Assembly: GCA_963792585.1 (NCBI GenBank)
Contig: CAWBWI010000002.1
Span: 32,001 to 96,000, forward strand
Direction: 5' to 3'
DNA: 64,000 bases
DNA from: Candidatus Eiseniibacteriota bacterium
Lineage (GTDB): Bacteria; Eisenbacteria; RBG-16-71-46; CAIMUX01; VGJL01
Shown in pieces: positions 40,913 to 50,438 of the stretch (within the stretch, counting starts at the first letter, position 1; the number at the start of each line of letters is the position of its first letter). The notes beneath the pieces were generated by a model that was not told where the DNA came from, searched no databases, and saw only the letters and a list, made by a program, of their open reading frames with translations. The position numbers and the translations under genes were made by a program.

Positions 40913-42073
40913 ATGTTCGCGAAGAGAATGTCCCGCCTGGGGACGGAAACCGCCTTCGAAGTCCTCGCCCGCGCGAGAGAGATCGAGCGCACCGGCCGCG
41001 AAGTCGTCCACCTCGAAATCGGCGAACCCGATTTCGCGACGCCGCGATTCATCTGCGACGCGGCGATCGACGCACTGAACGCCGGACACACGCACTACGG
41101 TCCCTCTGCGGGACAACCCGCAGTGCGCGAAACGATCGCGGAGGCCGTCGCGAAGAGCCGCGGCATTCCCGTCACGATGGAGAACGTCGTCGTCACTCCG
41201 GGCGCCAAGCCGATCATCTTCTTCTCGCTGTTCGCCTGTGTCGACGAGGGCGATGAGGTGATCTACCCGAATCCCGGGTTCCCGATCTACGAATCTGTCG
41301 TCAACTTCATCGGCGCGAAGCCAATTCCACTGCCCCTGCGCGAGGAGAAGGACTTCTCGGTCGACGTCGACGAACTCCGCTCGCTCGTGACCGACAAGAC
41401 CAAATTCATCATCCTCAATTCCCCCCAGAATCCGACCGGAGGAGTCCTTTCCCGCAAGGACCTGGAGGGGATCGCCGACATCGTCCGTGGCAGGAACATC
41501 TGGGTGCTGAGCGACGAGGTCTATAGCCGGATCATCTACGAAGGAGAGGCGCTCTCGCTCGCGTCGCTTCCCGGCATGGCCGACAGGACGATCATCCTCG
41601 ACGGGCACTCGAAGACCTACGCGATGACCGGTTGGCGGCTCGGCTACGGCGTCATGCAAAAGGAACTCGCCGCGCACGTGACGCGGCTCATGACGAACTC
41701 GAACTCCTGCACGAACATCGTCGTCCAGATGGCCGGCGCGAAGGCGCTCACGGGCCCGCAGGAGGAAGTCGTCGTGATGCGCGAGGAGTTCCGTCGCCGC
41801 CGCGATGTGATCGTGGACGGACTGAACAAGCTCCCGGGCATCACGTGCAAGAGGCCGAAGGGCGCCTTCTACGTCTTCCCGAACGTGAAGGGGGTCCCCG
41901 TCGATTCCCGCCAGCTCGCAAAGGATCTCCTCGAGAAGGCCGGAGTCGCGTGCCTCTCCGGGACGTCGTTCGGCGCGTATGGCGACGGATATCTGCGGTT
42001 TTCCTACGCGAACTCGGTCGAGAACATCCAGAAAGCGCTCGGCTGGATGGGTGCGTACCTGGCGAAGCTCTAG
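40913..42073 (+). CDS. PLP-dependent class I/II (aspartate-type) aminotransferase
   Basis: GEPDF, NSPQNPTG, SDEVY, SKTYAMTGWRLGY, GAFYVFP. Confidence 0.95.
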   Translation: MFAKRMSRLGTETAFEVLARAREIERTGREVVHLEIGEPDFATPRFICDAAIDALNAGHTHYGPSAGQPAVRETIAEAVAKSRGIPVTMENVVVTPGAKPIIFFSLFACVDEGDEVIYPNPGFPIYESVVNFIGAKPIPLPLREEKDFSVDVDELRSLVTDKTKFIILNSPQNPTGGVLSRKDLEGIADIVRGRNIWVLSDEVYSRIIYEGEALSLASLPGMADRTIILDGHSKTYAMTGWRLGYGVMQKELAAHVTRLMTNSNSCTNIVVQMAGAKALTGPQEEVVVMREEFRRRRDVIVDGLNKLPGITCKRPKGAFYVFPNVKGVPVDSRQLAKDLLEKAGVACLSGTSFGAYGDGYLRFSYANSVENIQKALGWMGAYLAKL

Positions 42074-42183
42074 GGGCGGCCGCAACGAAATCTCAACCCG
42101 GAGGCCGTTCGGGTCGATGAGAAGAGTGGGGGTGGGGCGATCCACCCACCCCCGTCAGAGCCCAGACACGGATCCCTTCCCAA

Positions 42184-42210
42184 CCCATCCTACCCCCCGG
42201 GTAGGATGGG
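42184..42210. repeat. Perfect 12-bp inverted repeat upstream of arcC
   Basis: CCCATCCTACCC-CCC-GGGTAGGATGGG. Confidence 0.85.
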
Positions 42211-42228
42211 CAATTTCAGGGAGGATTC

Positions 42229-43185
42229 ATGAAACGGTCCGTCGTTGTCTCCCTTGGAGGCAACGCCCTCCTTCCGGGTGGGAAGGCGACCATCGAAGAG
42301 CAGTTCCAGGTCACTCACGAGACGATGTGCGAATTCGTCGAGCTCGTGAGGGACACCCGTGTGGCCATCACGCACGGCAACGGTCCAATCGTCGGCAACA
42401 TCCTCATCCGCAACGAGGCGGCCCGTGAGCAGATCCCGCCGATGCCCCTCGACGTCTGCGGGGCCGACTCTCAGGGCGGACTGGGCTACATGATCCAGCA
42501 GACACTCCAGAACCTCCTGCGTGCGAATGGTATGCCCCAACAAGTCGCCACCGTGATCACGCAGGTCGTCGTCGACGGCAAGGACCCTCGCTTCCGCACG
42601 CCGACGAAACCGATCGGACCCTTCTACGCGGAGGATCAAGCCCGCGCCTTCGAGAAGTCCAAGGGGTGGAAGACGGTTCAGGACGCCGGCCGGGGATGGC
42701 GGCGCGTCGTTCCCTCCCCGATGCCCATGCGAATCGTCGAAATGCCCTTGATCCGAACCCTCTTCGAGGCGGGACATGTCGTCATCGCCGCCGGCGGCGG
42801 GGGGATTCCCGTGGTGGAGGGGCCCGATGGTGTTCTTCACGGTGTGGAGGCGGTGATCGACAAGGACCTCGCCTCGGTGGTCCTTGCGCTCGAGCTGGGA
42901 GCCGACTCGCTCATCATCGTCACGGCCGTCGATCAGGTCGCCGTCGATTTCGGAAAGCCGACGGAACGTTGGTGCGATCGAATGAGCGTGGCCGAAGCGA
43001 TGCGACATCTCAACGAGGGCCAATTCCCGGCGGGGAGTATGGGACCGAAGATCGAAGCCGCCATTTGGTTCCTGAAGGCGGGCGGACGCGAGGTTTGCAT
43101 CACTAGCCCCCGTCGGATTCGCGACGCTCTTGCCGGCCGCGCAGGGACATGGGTCACGCTGGCGGGCGGGCGCGTGGGAGTCTGA
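42229..43185 (+). CDS. arcC: Carbamate kinase
   Basis: LGGNAL, THGNGP.VG, PTKPIGPFY, WRRVVPSP, EAVIDKD, GSMGPK. Confidence 0.96.
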   Translation: MKRSVVVSLGGNALLPGGKATIEEQFQVTHETMCEFVELVRDTRVAITHGNGPIVGNILIRNEAAREQIPPMPLDVCGADSQGGLGYMIQQTLQNLLRANGMPQQVATVITQVVVDGKDPRFRTPTKPIGPFYAEDQARAFEKSKGWKTVQDAGRGWRRVVPSPMPMRIVEMPLIRTLFEAGHVVIAAGGGGIPVVEGPDGVLHGVEAVIDKDLASVVLALELGADSLIIVTAVDQVAVDFGKPTERWCDRMSVAEAMRHLNEGQFPAGSMGPKIEAAIWFLKAGGREVCITSPRRIRDALAGRAGTWVTLAGGRVGV

Positions 43186-43419
43186 TCGCCCCGATTCTTC
43201 GTCCCGATCCCTTATCAGGAGGCGTCGGATCGTACCCATTCGACAAGCGGGACGCGCCGATTCGATCTCCTTCTCCCTGGCCCTCTGGCACCCCGTCCGC
43301 GGTAGACGCATCCGCTCTCTCCATCCCATGCGTTCGGCCCGACGCTTGCTATCTCCCTCCTGCCCGCGCCGGCCATGGCGGACGGCGCAATCCGCGCCAA
43401 CGCGCGCAGGGGAGGATCG

Positions 43420-44043
43420 ATGCGACTGGTCATACTCACGATCGTCGGCTGCATCACGGCGGGAGTATCCGCGCAACCGGGGAGCTGTGGTCCCATTCTG
43501 AACGAGATCATGGCCGACCCGGCATCGGATTGGGACGGGAGCGGGGAGTACAGCTTCCGTGATGACGAGTGGATCGAGCTGTACAATCCGGGACCCGGGA
43601 GTCTGCCCCTCGACGGCTATCTGCTTGGGGACGAAACGCGGCAGCCGGTTTTTGGATTCAGCGGCACGCTCGACGCGGGCCGCCATCGGGTCGTCTATGG
43701 GGGCGAGGCGGTCGTCTACCAGCAGGGGCATGGCCTTGGTGTCTACGGGCTGAGGATGGGAAACGACGGTGATACCGTGACCCTGCTTCAAGTCGTAGGA
43801 GCCGACACGATTCTCGTCGACAGCTACACGTACAACACATATGAGGCCGAGGACGATCGGTCTACGGGGCGGCGCCCGGATGGATCTTCCACCTGGGAGA
43901 TCTTCGATCTTCTCAATCCCTACACCGGAACAACGCCGCCACTCGGCAATGGACTGGCGCCAACGCCGGGGCTTCCGAACGGCGGCGACCAGGTCGATGT
44001 CGTCGATTCGACGTGGGGCAAGGTCCGCGCGCTCTATCGGTAG
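43420..44043 (+). CDS. Secreted lamin-tail-domain protein with C-terminal STWG motif
   Basis: Signal peptide; LNEIMADP, DEWIELYN, TPGLPN; ends DSTWGKVRALYR. Confidence 0.85.
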   Translation: MRLVILTIVGCITAGVSAQPGSCGPILNEIMADPASDWDGSGEYSFRDDEWIELYNPGPGSLPLDGYLLGDETRQPVFGFSGTLDAGRHRVVYGGEAVVYQQGHGLGVYGLRMGNDGDTVTLLQVVGADTILVDSYTYNTYEAEDDRSTGRRPDGSSTWEIFDLLNPYTGTTPPLGNGLAPTPGLPNGGDQVDVVDSTWGKVRALYR

Positions 44044-44054
44044 ATGGTTGCCGG

Positions 44055-44094
44055 AAAAGAGAAACTCCGCCGGGGGAAACCCCCGGCGGAGCTT
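44055..44094. terminator. Terminator between convergent genes
   Basis: CTCCGCCGGGGG-AAA-CCCCCGGCGGAG; T-rich tail TTTCTCTTTT on minus strand. Confidence 0.85.
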
Positions 44095-44113
44095 CAGAGG
44101 ACCTTCGTCCTGC

Positions 44114-44803
44114 CTACCGGTAGAGGCTCTTCACATTGCCCCAGGTCGAGTCCTTCGTGGGGACCGGGCCACCGCCGAGGCAGTAAGCCATGTCACCCGG
44201 GTACCCGAAGTAGGCCGAGTAGGGCGACCAACGAGGATAGCCCCAGTAGTCGCCAGCCCAGTACATCTCGCAACCAGCAACGACGTCACAGAAGGTGAGA
44301 CCGCAGTAGGGAGCGTTCTGTCCCCAGTTCTGACCAACGACGCCGCCAATCGACATCGTGCTGCCCAAGGTGACCGAGCCACCGAGGGGAATCAGAACCT
44401 CATAGACATACCAGCTTCCGTTGTACACCATCTGCGATGTGCACTGACCCCAGGGGATGTCGAAGTGCTGGTCGTAGTTGAACCCCGGGGGGCAGCTCGT
44501 GTTGTAGAAGTTGACGATCATGCTCTGCGGGTTGGTCCAGCTGCCGCCCCACTCGGCCACGTAGAACGTGACCTCTGTGACATTCTGGCCAGCCAAGCTC
44601 GCAGGGATATCGTCAGCCTCTTCGCTGGTGAAGCCCAACGAAGCGTTCCAGGCACCCCAGCCCGTCGAGGGCTGCTGACAGTAGAACGCATCCCGGACGG
44701 CCGGCAGATCGACCGCACCGGGCGTGTACACCATCGCCGAGTCCCATGCGTAGGCACCGCCGGCGACAGTCAGTAGCAAAAGAGCGATAGCGGCAATCCT
44801 CAT
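44114..44803 (-). CDS. Secreted Cys/aromatic-rich protein with C-terminal STWG motif
   Basis: Signal peptide MRIAAIALLLLTVAGGAYA; GGGAGG RBS; ends PVPTKDSTWGNVKSLYR. Confidence 0.85.
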   Translation of the reverse strand: MRIAAIALLLLTVAGGAYAWDSAMVYTPGAVDLPAVRDAFYCQQPSTGWGAWNASLGFTSEEADDIPASLAGQNVTEVTFYVAEWGGSWTNPQSMIVNFYNTSCPPGFNYDQHFDIPWGQCTSQMVYNGSWYVYEVLIPLGGSVTLGSTMSIGGVVGQNWGQNAPYCGLTFCDVVAGCEMYWAGDYWGYPRWSPYSAYFGYPGDMAYCLGGGPVPTKDSTWGNVKSLYR

Positions 44804-45013
44804 TGAGTGATCCCTCCCGCGATGAAATAAGACCCCGCAACCGCTCGAAACAACTGCGGCTGCGATACGAAACTTCCGGCGCTACAGCGAATCCGCTCAT
44901 CACGGCCGCCTCGAGCCGAAAATGACCCCCCCAAACGAGACCCTCGGAGACCTGACCGATTCCGATATTGACGGAAATCGTCCGCCTCGACGGTCACCAT
45001 TTGAGCGAAACTA

Positions 45014-45042
45014 ACTCTACGCGACTTTCGGGTTGCTGTCAA
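45014..45042 (-). promoter_or_regulatory. Sigma70 promoter giving a ~200-nt leader
   Basis: TTGACA-17 nt-TAGAGT on minus strand. Confidence 0.7.
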
Positions 45043-45128
45043 GGTCGTTAAGACGCTGGCTAACCGTAGTGTCCACAGAGAATTGCAGCGACGATTCCGA
45101 TCGAATTCGCATTCCCCGGGGCGTCCCA

Positions 45129-45521
45129 CTATCGCGCCCTCCGTCGGAATTCAAGAGGCCAGGATCCCGCGTTGGTGGGCACCGGGGTGTGGCAGACGCG
45201 GCACGCGGCGTCCCGCGAGACATGCGCCCGGTGGATCGCGGCGGAAGGATAGCCCGAGCTGCCGGAACCGCTCTCCCCGAGGGCCGGGCCTCTGTGGCAC
45301 GCGCCACTGGCGCACAGAACCGGGGCGCTCGATACGAGGGGCGTTCCATGAACCTGGTCGTGATTGGTCAGGATGTCGGTGAAGGCGTCCGTGCCGTGGC
45401 ATCGCGCGCAGTTGATCTCATCGAATGTGGGCGCCGTTGCCCGAGTCTGGGCTACCACGACCGTGTCGTTCTTGATGGTCACCTCGATCGCCTGATATGG
45501 GTTCCGGACGCCCGCGTGCAC
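45129..45521 (-). pseudogene. Fragment of a multiheme c-type cytochrome
   Basis: CARCH, CASGACH, CRVCH; no signal peptide or RBS. Confidence 0.6.
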
Positions 45522-45589
45522 CAGCCCGACGATTGGTGTGCCTGATCCCCTCGTCGAAACGGCGTACGGGCCGTCTCGAGCGGGCCTGC

Positions 45590-45618
45590 TTGACCTCCTT
45601 CCCTGCCCGACCTAGGCT
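45590..45618 (+). promoter_or_regulatory. Sigma70 promoter
   Basis: TTGACC-17 nt-TAGGCT. Confidence 0.55.
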
Positions 45619-45676
45619 CTCGCTGCGCTTTGTCGGTAGTTGACGATTGCCCGATCTGCCGGAGAAAGGACTCGCC

Positions 45677-48600
45677 ATGCGACGCACGGTTGCCCTGCTC
45701 TTGCTCGCCGTTCCCACGTTCGCCATTGCGGCGCCGCCGGGGACGGCCATCGAAGGGCTCGACTCGCTGGCATCGGTCACCCTGATGCGCTCGCTCGAGA
45801 TCCTGGACATCCGACCCGAAGAACTCGGCTTCGACAAGCTCTACATGGAGGACGACACGTTCCGACTCGGCATCGTCGAGCAGCTCCTGAATCATCCCCT
45901 GGAACTCCCCGGCTGGCAGGAGCGGTCCGTCGACGGCGTTCGCGACCGCGTCGATGATCCCGCCCAACTCGTCGCGTTTCTGGGGCTGACGTGCGAGGCG
46001 CCCGACCCCCGACCCGGGTCGGGAGCGGCCCCTTTGCGCCGGGTGAGGGAAGCCTTCCAGCGGGGGGGCGCGTCCGCACGGTCCCTGCAATCCTGCATCG
46101 ACCCGTTCGTCGCCGCATCGCGCATCGCCGATCAGTCTCTGCAGCAGGCCTTCGCGGAACTCGACGCGCGCGACCGTGCCGCGGTCCTGGTGCTCGCTCC
46201 CGCATTCTGGGGCGATTGGGAGGAGCCCGGTTCGACGGACATGAAGCGGAAAGGGCGGATCCATTTCGAGACCGGAGCGCCGGCCGATACCTCGATGAAA
46301 CTCACGGACCACCCCATCCTCGACGCGTCGGTGAAGGTCGATCGATCCGCACTGACCCAGGGATCGGACCAATTCCTGGCAGCCCTGGCGGACCTGTCCG
46401 CCGCGGTCGCGGAAACGCGTCTCCCGGAGGCGGCCACGGCATTGCCGGGCGTATCGGGTCCGGTCATCGGCTCGTTCGAGACTCCCTGGGGATTGCTCGT
46501 CATTGGAGGGCCGGGACCCAACGCCTACGAAGCGGACGCGCTCGCGCCTATCGCCTTCCTGATCGAGCCGGGAGGCGATGACGTCTACCGTGGACGCGCC
46601 GCCTCCGCGGTCGGCGGCCTGACCCGTACCCTTTCCGCGGTCGTGGACGCGGCGGGCAATGATCTCTACGACGCCTCGGATCGACCCTACGCGCTCGGAG
46701 GCGCGGTCCTCGGCGTCGCGGCGCTCCTCGACCTCGAAGGCAACGACGTCTACCGCGGCGAGGACGGATCGTGCGGCGCAGGATTCTTCGGCGCGGGGAT
46801 CCTCTACGATGGCGGCGGCGTCGACTTCTTCGAGGGACGCAACTTCTGCGAGGGCTCCGGCGCGTTCGGGATCGGCGCGCTCGTGTCCGACGCGGGAGCG
46901 ATTCCGCCTCCCGGACAGCGCCCCGAAGAGGACCGCGCCTTCACCCTCGGTTTCGTACCCGTGCCGGGGACGGGGGCAGCCCCCATCCGCTACGACGAGA
47001 ACGACACCTACCGTTGCGCCCGCCAATCTCAGGGATTCGCGTCGACCTTCGGCACGGGACTCCTCTTCGACCGAACCGGCAACGACGTCTACAGCGCGGG
47101 CGGCCACTACCTCCACCGTCCCCTGCGTCCGAACGACTTTCAGTCGCTCTCCCAGGGCTTCGCGATCGGTTTCCGGCCGCGTGCGGGAGGGGGAGTCGGG
47201 ATGCTTATCGACGACGAGGGAAATGACTTCTACGACGCGGAGATCTACGCCCAGGGCACCAGCTACTGGTACTCGGTGGGTTTGCTCGCCGATCGCGCGG
47301 GGAATGATCGATATCTCGCCGCGCAATACGCCCAAGGCGCAGGGGTCCATCTATCGATCGGAACGCTTTGGGACCGCGGCGGCGACGACCACTACGATTG
47401 CACCCTCGGCGTAACGCAGGGCACCGCGCACGATCTCTCGGTCGGGATGCAGATCGACGAGAGCGGCAACGACTTCTACATCGTGAGCGACGGCCAGGGT
47501 GTGAGCATCACAGACTCCTTCGCCCTGTTCATCGACGGGCAAGGGGACGATGTCTACGCAACACCGGGTGTCGGGCAGGGGACGGTCACTTGGAATCGCG
47601 GCTTCTGCGGCGCAGGGATCTTCCTCGATCTGGAGGGAAAGGACCTCTATCCCATCACGAGCACCGGCAAGGATGGCGCCGTCTGGTCTCATGATCTCAA
47701 CGCGCTGGGAATCGACCTCGATCGAAACCTCGAGCTTCCGGGGGAAGTGATTCCCGAGCCGGTCCTGACCGCGGCGGACTCGGCGCGGTCGGTCGAGGAT
47801 CTGTTCGAGGATGCGTCGACCTGGAACGTCGGCAGCGCGCGGGACAAAGTCGCGCGGGCCCGCAAGGCGCTTAAGACCAAAGGGTTGCCCGCGGTCGACT
47901 ATGTTTGCCGCGAGAAGCTCAACAGCGAGGACGGGCTCGAATACGAGGCGATGATCGATCTTGCGCGCGCCTATCCCGATGCGTTCACCGTACGGATCCT
48001 GGAGCGCCTTCTCGATCCCAAGGAGCAGGTCCAGCGCAATGTGATCGGGTTGCTGGGGGATCTCAAACGAGCGGACGCTCGGCAGCCGCTGACCTCGATG
48101 CTCGCGTCGCAGAAGCAGGAAGAACACTGGAATCGCGTGATCCAGGCTCTGGGGCGGATCGGCGATCCTGCTGCCTCGCCCGCGGTGAGGCCCTTCCTCC
48201 GGGACAAGATGGAGCGGCGCCGGATCGTCGCCTGCGTGGCCCTCGCGGCGCTCAAGGACACGGCATCGGTCGACGGGCTGTGCTCCGCGTTGGGTGATCC
48301 GTTGCTCACGGTCCGTGCGGCTGCGCATCAGGCGGTGCGCTCTTTCGGCGCGGCCGCGGTCGGGCCGCTTGCGGGGCGCTTGGCCGGCGAGACGTCGCAT
48401 CGGGACGTCATCGTCCAGACGCTAGGCCGCATTGTCGTCGATCTGAAGGGCAGGACCGATCCGGAGAGCCTTCGGGCGCGATCTCGTGGCCGGATGGCGC
48501 TCGCCTCCGAGTTGAGCCGAACCGATCCGGAAGATGCATTGACCCGATCATCGGCGGTCTCCGCGCTCCTGAAGCTCGGGGAACCGGAGATGCTCGAGCT

Positions 48601-48682
48601 CGTGAAGACACGCATGCTCGATGAATACGATCCGCTCGTGAAGAGGGCGTTCGAGAAGGGGCGCAGCGAGATTACTCAGTAG
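45677..48682 (+). CDS. Exported protein with D-x-x-G-[ND]-D-x-Y repeats and C-terminal HEAT repeats
   Basis: Signal peptide; about 11 GNDxY-type units; ALGRIGD and ALGDP..VRAAA HEAT-like units. Confidence 0.8.
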   Translation: MRRTVALLLLAVPTFAIAAPPGTAIEGLDSLASVTLMRSLEILDIRPEELGFDKLYMEDDTFRLGIVEQLLNHPLELPGWQERSVDGVRDRVDDPAQLVAFLGLTCEAPDPRPGSGAAPLRRVREAFQRGGASARSLQSCIDPFVAASRIADQSLQQAFAELDARDRAAVLVLAPAFWGDWEEPGSTDMKRKGRIHFETGAPADTSMKLTDHPILDASVKVDRSALTQGSDQFLAALADLSAAVAETRLPEAATALPGVSGPVIGSFETPWGLLVIGGPGPNAYEADALAPIAFLIEPGGDDVYRGRAASAVGGLTRTLSAVVDAAGNDLYDASDRPYALGGAVLGVAALLDLEGNDVYRGEDGSCGAGFFGAGILYDGGGVDFFEGRNFCEGSGAFGIGALVSDAGAIPPPGQRPEEDRAFTLGFVPVPGTGAAPIRYDENDTYRCARQSQGFASTFGTGLLFDRTGNDVYSAGGHYLHRPLRPNDFQSLSQGFAIGFRPRAGGGVGMLIDDEGNDFYDAEIYAQGTSYWYSVGLLADRAGNDRYLAAQYAQGAGVHLSIGTLWDRGGDDHYDCTLGVTQGTAHDLSVGMQIDESGNDFYIVSDGQGVSITDSFALFIDGQGDDVYATPGVGQGTVTWNRGFCGAGIFLDLEGKDLYPITSTGKDGAVWSHDLNALGIDLDRNLELPGEVIPEPVLTAADSARSVEDLFEDASTWNVGSARDKVARARKALKTKGLPAVDYVCREKLNSEDGLEYEAMIDLARAYPDAFTVRILERLLDPKEQVQRNVIGLLGDLKRADARQPLTSMLASQKQEEHWNRVIQALGRIGDPAASPAVRPFLRDKMERRRIVACVALAALKDTASVDGLCSALGDPLLTVRAAAHQAVRSFGAAAVGPLAGRLAGETSHRDVIVQTLGRIVVDLKGRTDPESLRARSRGRMALASELSRTDPEDALTRSSAVSALLKLGEPEMLELVKTRMLDEYDPLVKRAFEKGRSEITQ

Positions 48683-48904
48683 ACAAAGCTCCTGCTCACG
48701 CAATCCCGCGCGCTGAATTCTTATCGCACGGAGTCCGTGCGTCATGTGCGCATGATCACAAGCGCCCTGCTCGTGAAACACACTTGTGTGTATTCGAATC
48801 GGCCTCACTCCGACTTGCTCTAAACTAGGAGCCGGTGGGCTGTAGGGCCTGCCGCTGTGCAAGCCTCGATCATCAACTTGAGTCATATGGATGAGGAGTC
48901 GGAT

Positions 48905-50368
48905 ATGAACCCGAACGGCAATTCGCTTGTAAACAAAGTGCGGTCACGCCGCCTCGCGCTCGCTTTGGGAGCGCTCGCGATCCTTGGGGCGTCTGCAGTC
49001 TTGAGCGTCCCCGAGGCTCGCGCCGATCAATACGTCTACGGTTGCATCCTCGGCCAGGGTCAGGAAGTCCCACCGACCGGCTCGCCGGCTGCCGGATGCG
49101 GGCAATTCTTCATCGATACCGCGGCGAACACGGTCACGTACCGGATTTGCTTCGGCGGTTTGGCGGCGGCGGAGACTGCCGCCCACATCCACGGACCGGC
49201 CGGTCCCGGCGCCAACGGTGGCGTGATGACCGCACTGCCCGCCGGCAATCCGAAGGTCGGTGTGTGGAACTACGCTGAAGGGATGGAGGCGGACATTCTC
49301 GCGGGTCGGACCTACGTGAACATCCACTCCGGCGCCTTCCCGGGTGGAGAAGTGAGGGGGCAGGTGGTTCCTCTCAACGCGAATCTCGACGGCGCACAGG
49401 AAGTCCCGGCCGTGCCGACGCCGGCCAACGGCTGGGCGGTCTTCACGATCGACACCAGCACGAACTCGCTGAACTACTACATCGTCTATGGCGGCCTGCT
49501 CGCCGCGGAGACAGCGGCCCACATCCATGGATCCGCACTCCACGGCAGCGCGGCGGGCGTCGTCTTTGCTCTTCCCGCCGGCAGTCCGAAGGTGGGCGTC
49601 TGGAACTACCCCGAACCGCTCGAGGCGACGATCCTCGAGGGTCGGACGTACGTGAACATCCACTCGGGCGCCTTCCCGGGCGGTGAGATCCGGGGACAGA
49701 TCGTCCCGCTCGTCCTTCCGCTCGACGATGAACAAGAGGTCCCGGTGACCGGCTCGCCTGCCATCGGAGTCGCGTTGGTCAGCTATGCTTCACCGACGAA
49801 TGAGCTCAGCTACGATCTCCAGTACTACGGTCTCACTGCTGCCGAGACTGCGGCGCACATCCACGGATTCGCGCCGTTCGGCGCCAACGCCGGCGTTCTC
49901 CTGGCTCTCCCGGCGGGACCCAGGAAGATCGGCACCTGGGCTTTCGGCGGTGCGGCGCGGGCGAATGTCTTTGCCGGACTGTCCTACTTCAACATCCACT
50001 CGGCCGCGTTCCCGGGCGGTGAGATCCGCGGGCAGATCCGCGGATTCCCGGCCATCCCGCCGGCAACGGTCGAGGATATCCGGGTGGGTCAGACCTTCCA
50101 GCTGGCGGCCAACGCGCCGAATCCGTTCCAGAGCTCGACCGCGATCGAGTTCAGTCTGGATGCGGCGATGCCGGTTCAGCTTTCGATCTACGATGTGCAG
50201 GGTCGTCTGGTTCGAACGCTGGTCCAGGCCGACGCTGCGGCCGGGACGAATCGCGTGGAGTGGAACGGTCGCGACAATGCGGGGCGGGACGTTCCAAGCG
50301 GCTCCTACGGGTATGTCCTCAAGACGCCCGAGGGAGAGGCCGCGCGGCGCCTCGTGCTGACGCGATAA
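48905..50368 (+). CDS. Secreted triple-CHRD-domain protein with FlgD-Ig C-terminal domain
   Basis: 3x QEVP...TAAHIHG...Y.NIHS.AFPGGE.RGQ; NAPNPF...WNGRD...SGSY. Confidence 0.9.
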   Translation: MNPNGNSLVNKVRSRRLALALGALAILGASAVLSVPEARADQYVYGCILGQGQEVPPTGSPAAGCGQFFIDTAANTVTYRICFGGLAAAETAAHIHGPAGPGANGGVMTALPAGNPKVGVWNYAEGMEADILAGRTYVNIHSGAFPGGEVRGQVVPLNANLDGAQEVPAVPTPANGWAVFTIDTSTNSLNYYIVYGGLLAAETAAHIHGSALHGSAAGVVFALPAGSPKVGVWNYPEPLEATILEGRTYVNIHSGAFPGGEIRGQIVPLVLPLDDEQEVPVTGSPAIGVALVSYASPTNELSYDLQYYGLTAAETAAHIHGFAPFGANAGVLLALPAGPRKIGTWAFGGAARANVFAGLSYFNIHSAAFPGGEIRGQIRGFPAIPPATVEDIRVGQTFQLAANAPNPFQSSTAIEFSLDAAMPVQLSIYDVQGRLVRTLVQADAAAGTNRVEWNGRDNAGRDVPSGSYGYVLKTPEGEAARRLVLTR

Positions 50369-50395
50369 GGCTCGACGAACAGCCTGCCAACGATG

Positions 50396-50438
50396 GACGG
50401 GCTCTCCACGGCTCCATGCCGTGGGGAGCCCGTCTCTT
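50396..50438 (+). terminator. Intrinsic terminator
   Basis: GACGGGCTCTCCACGGC-TCCAT-GCCGTGGGGAGCCCGTC then TCTT. Confidence 0.75.
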
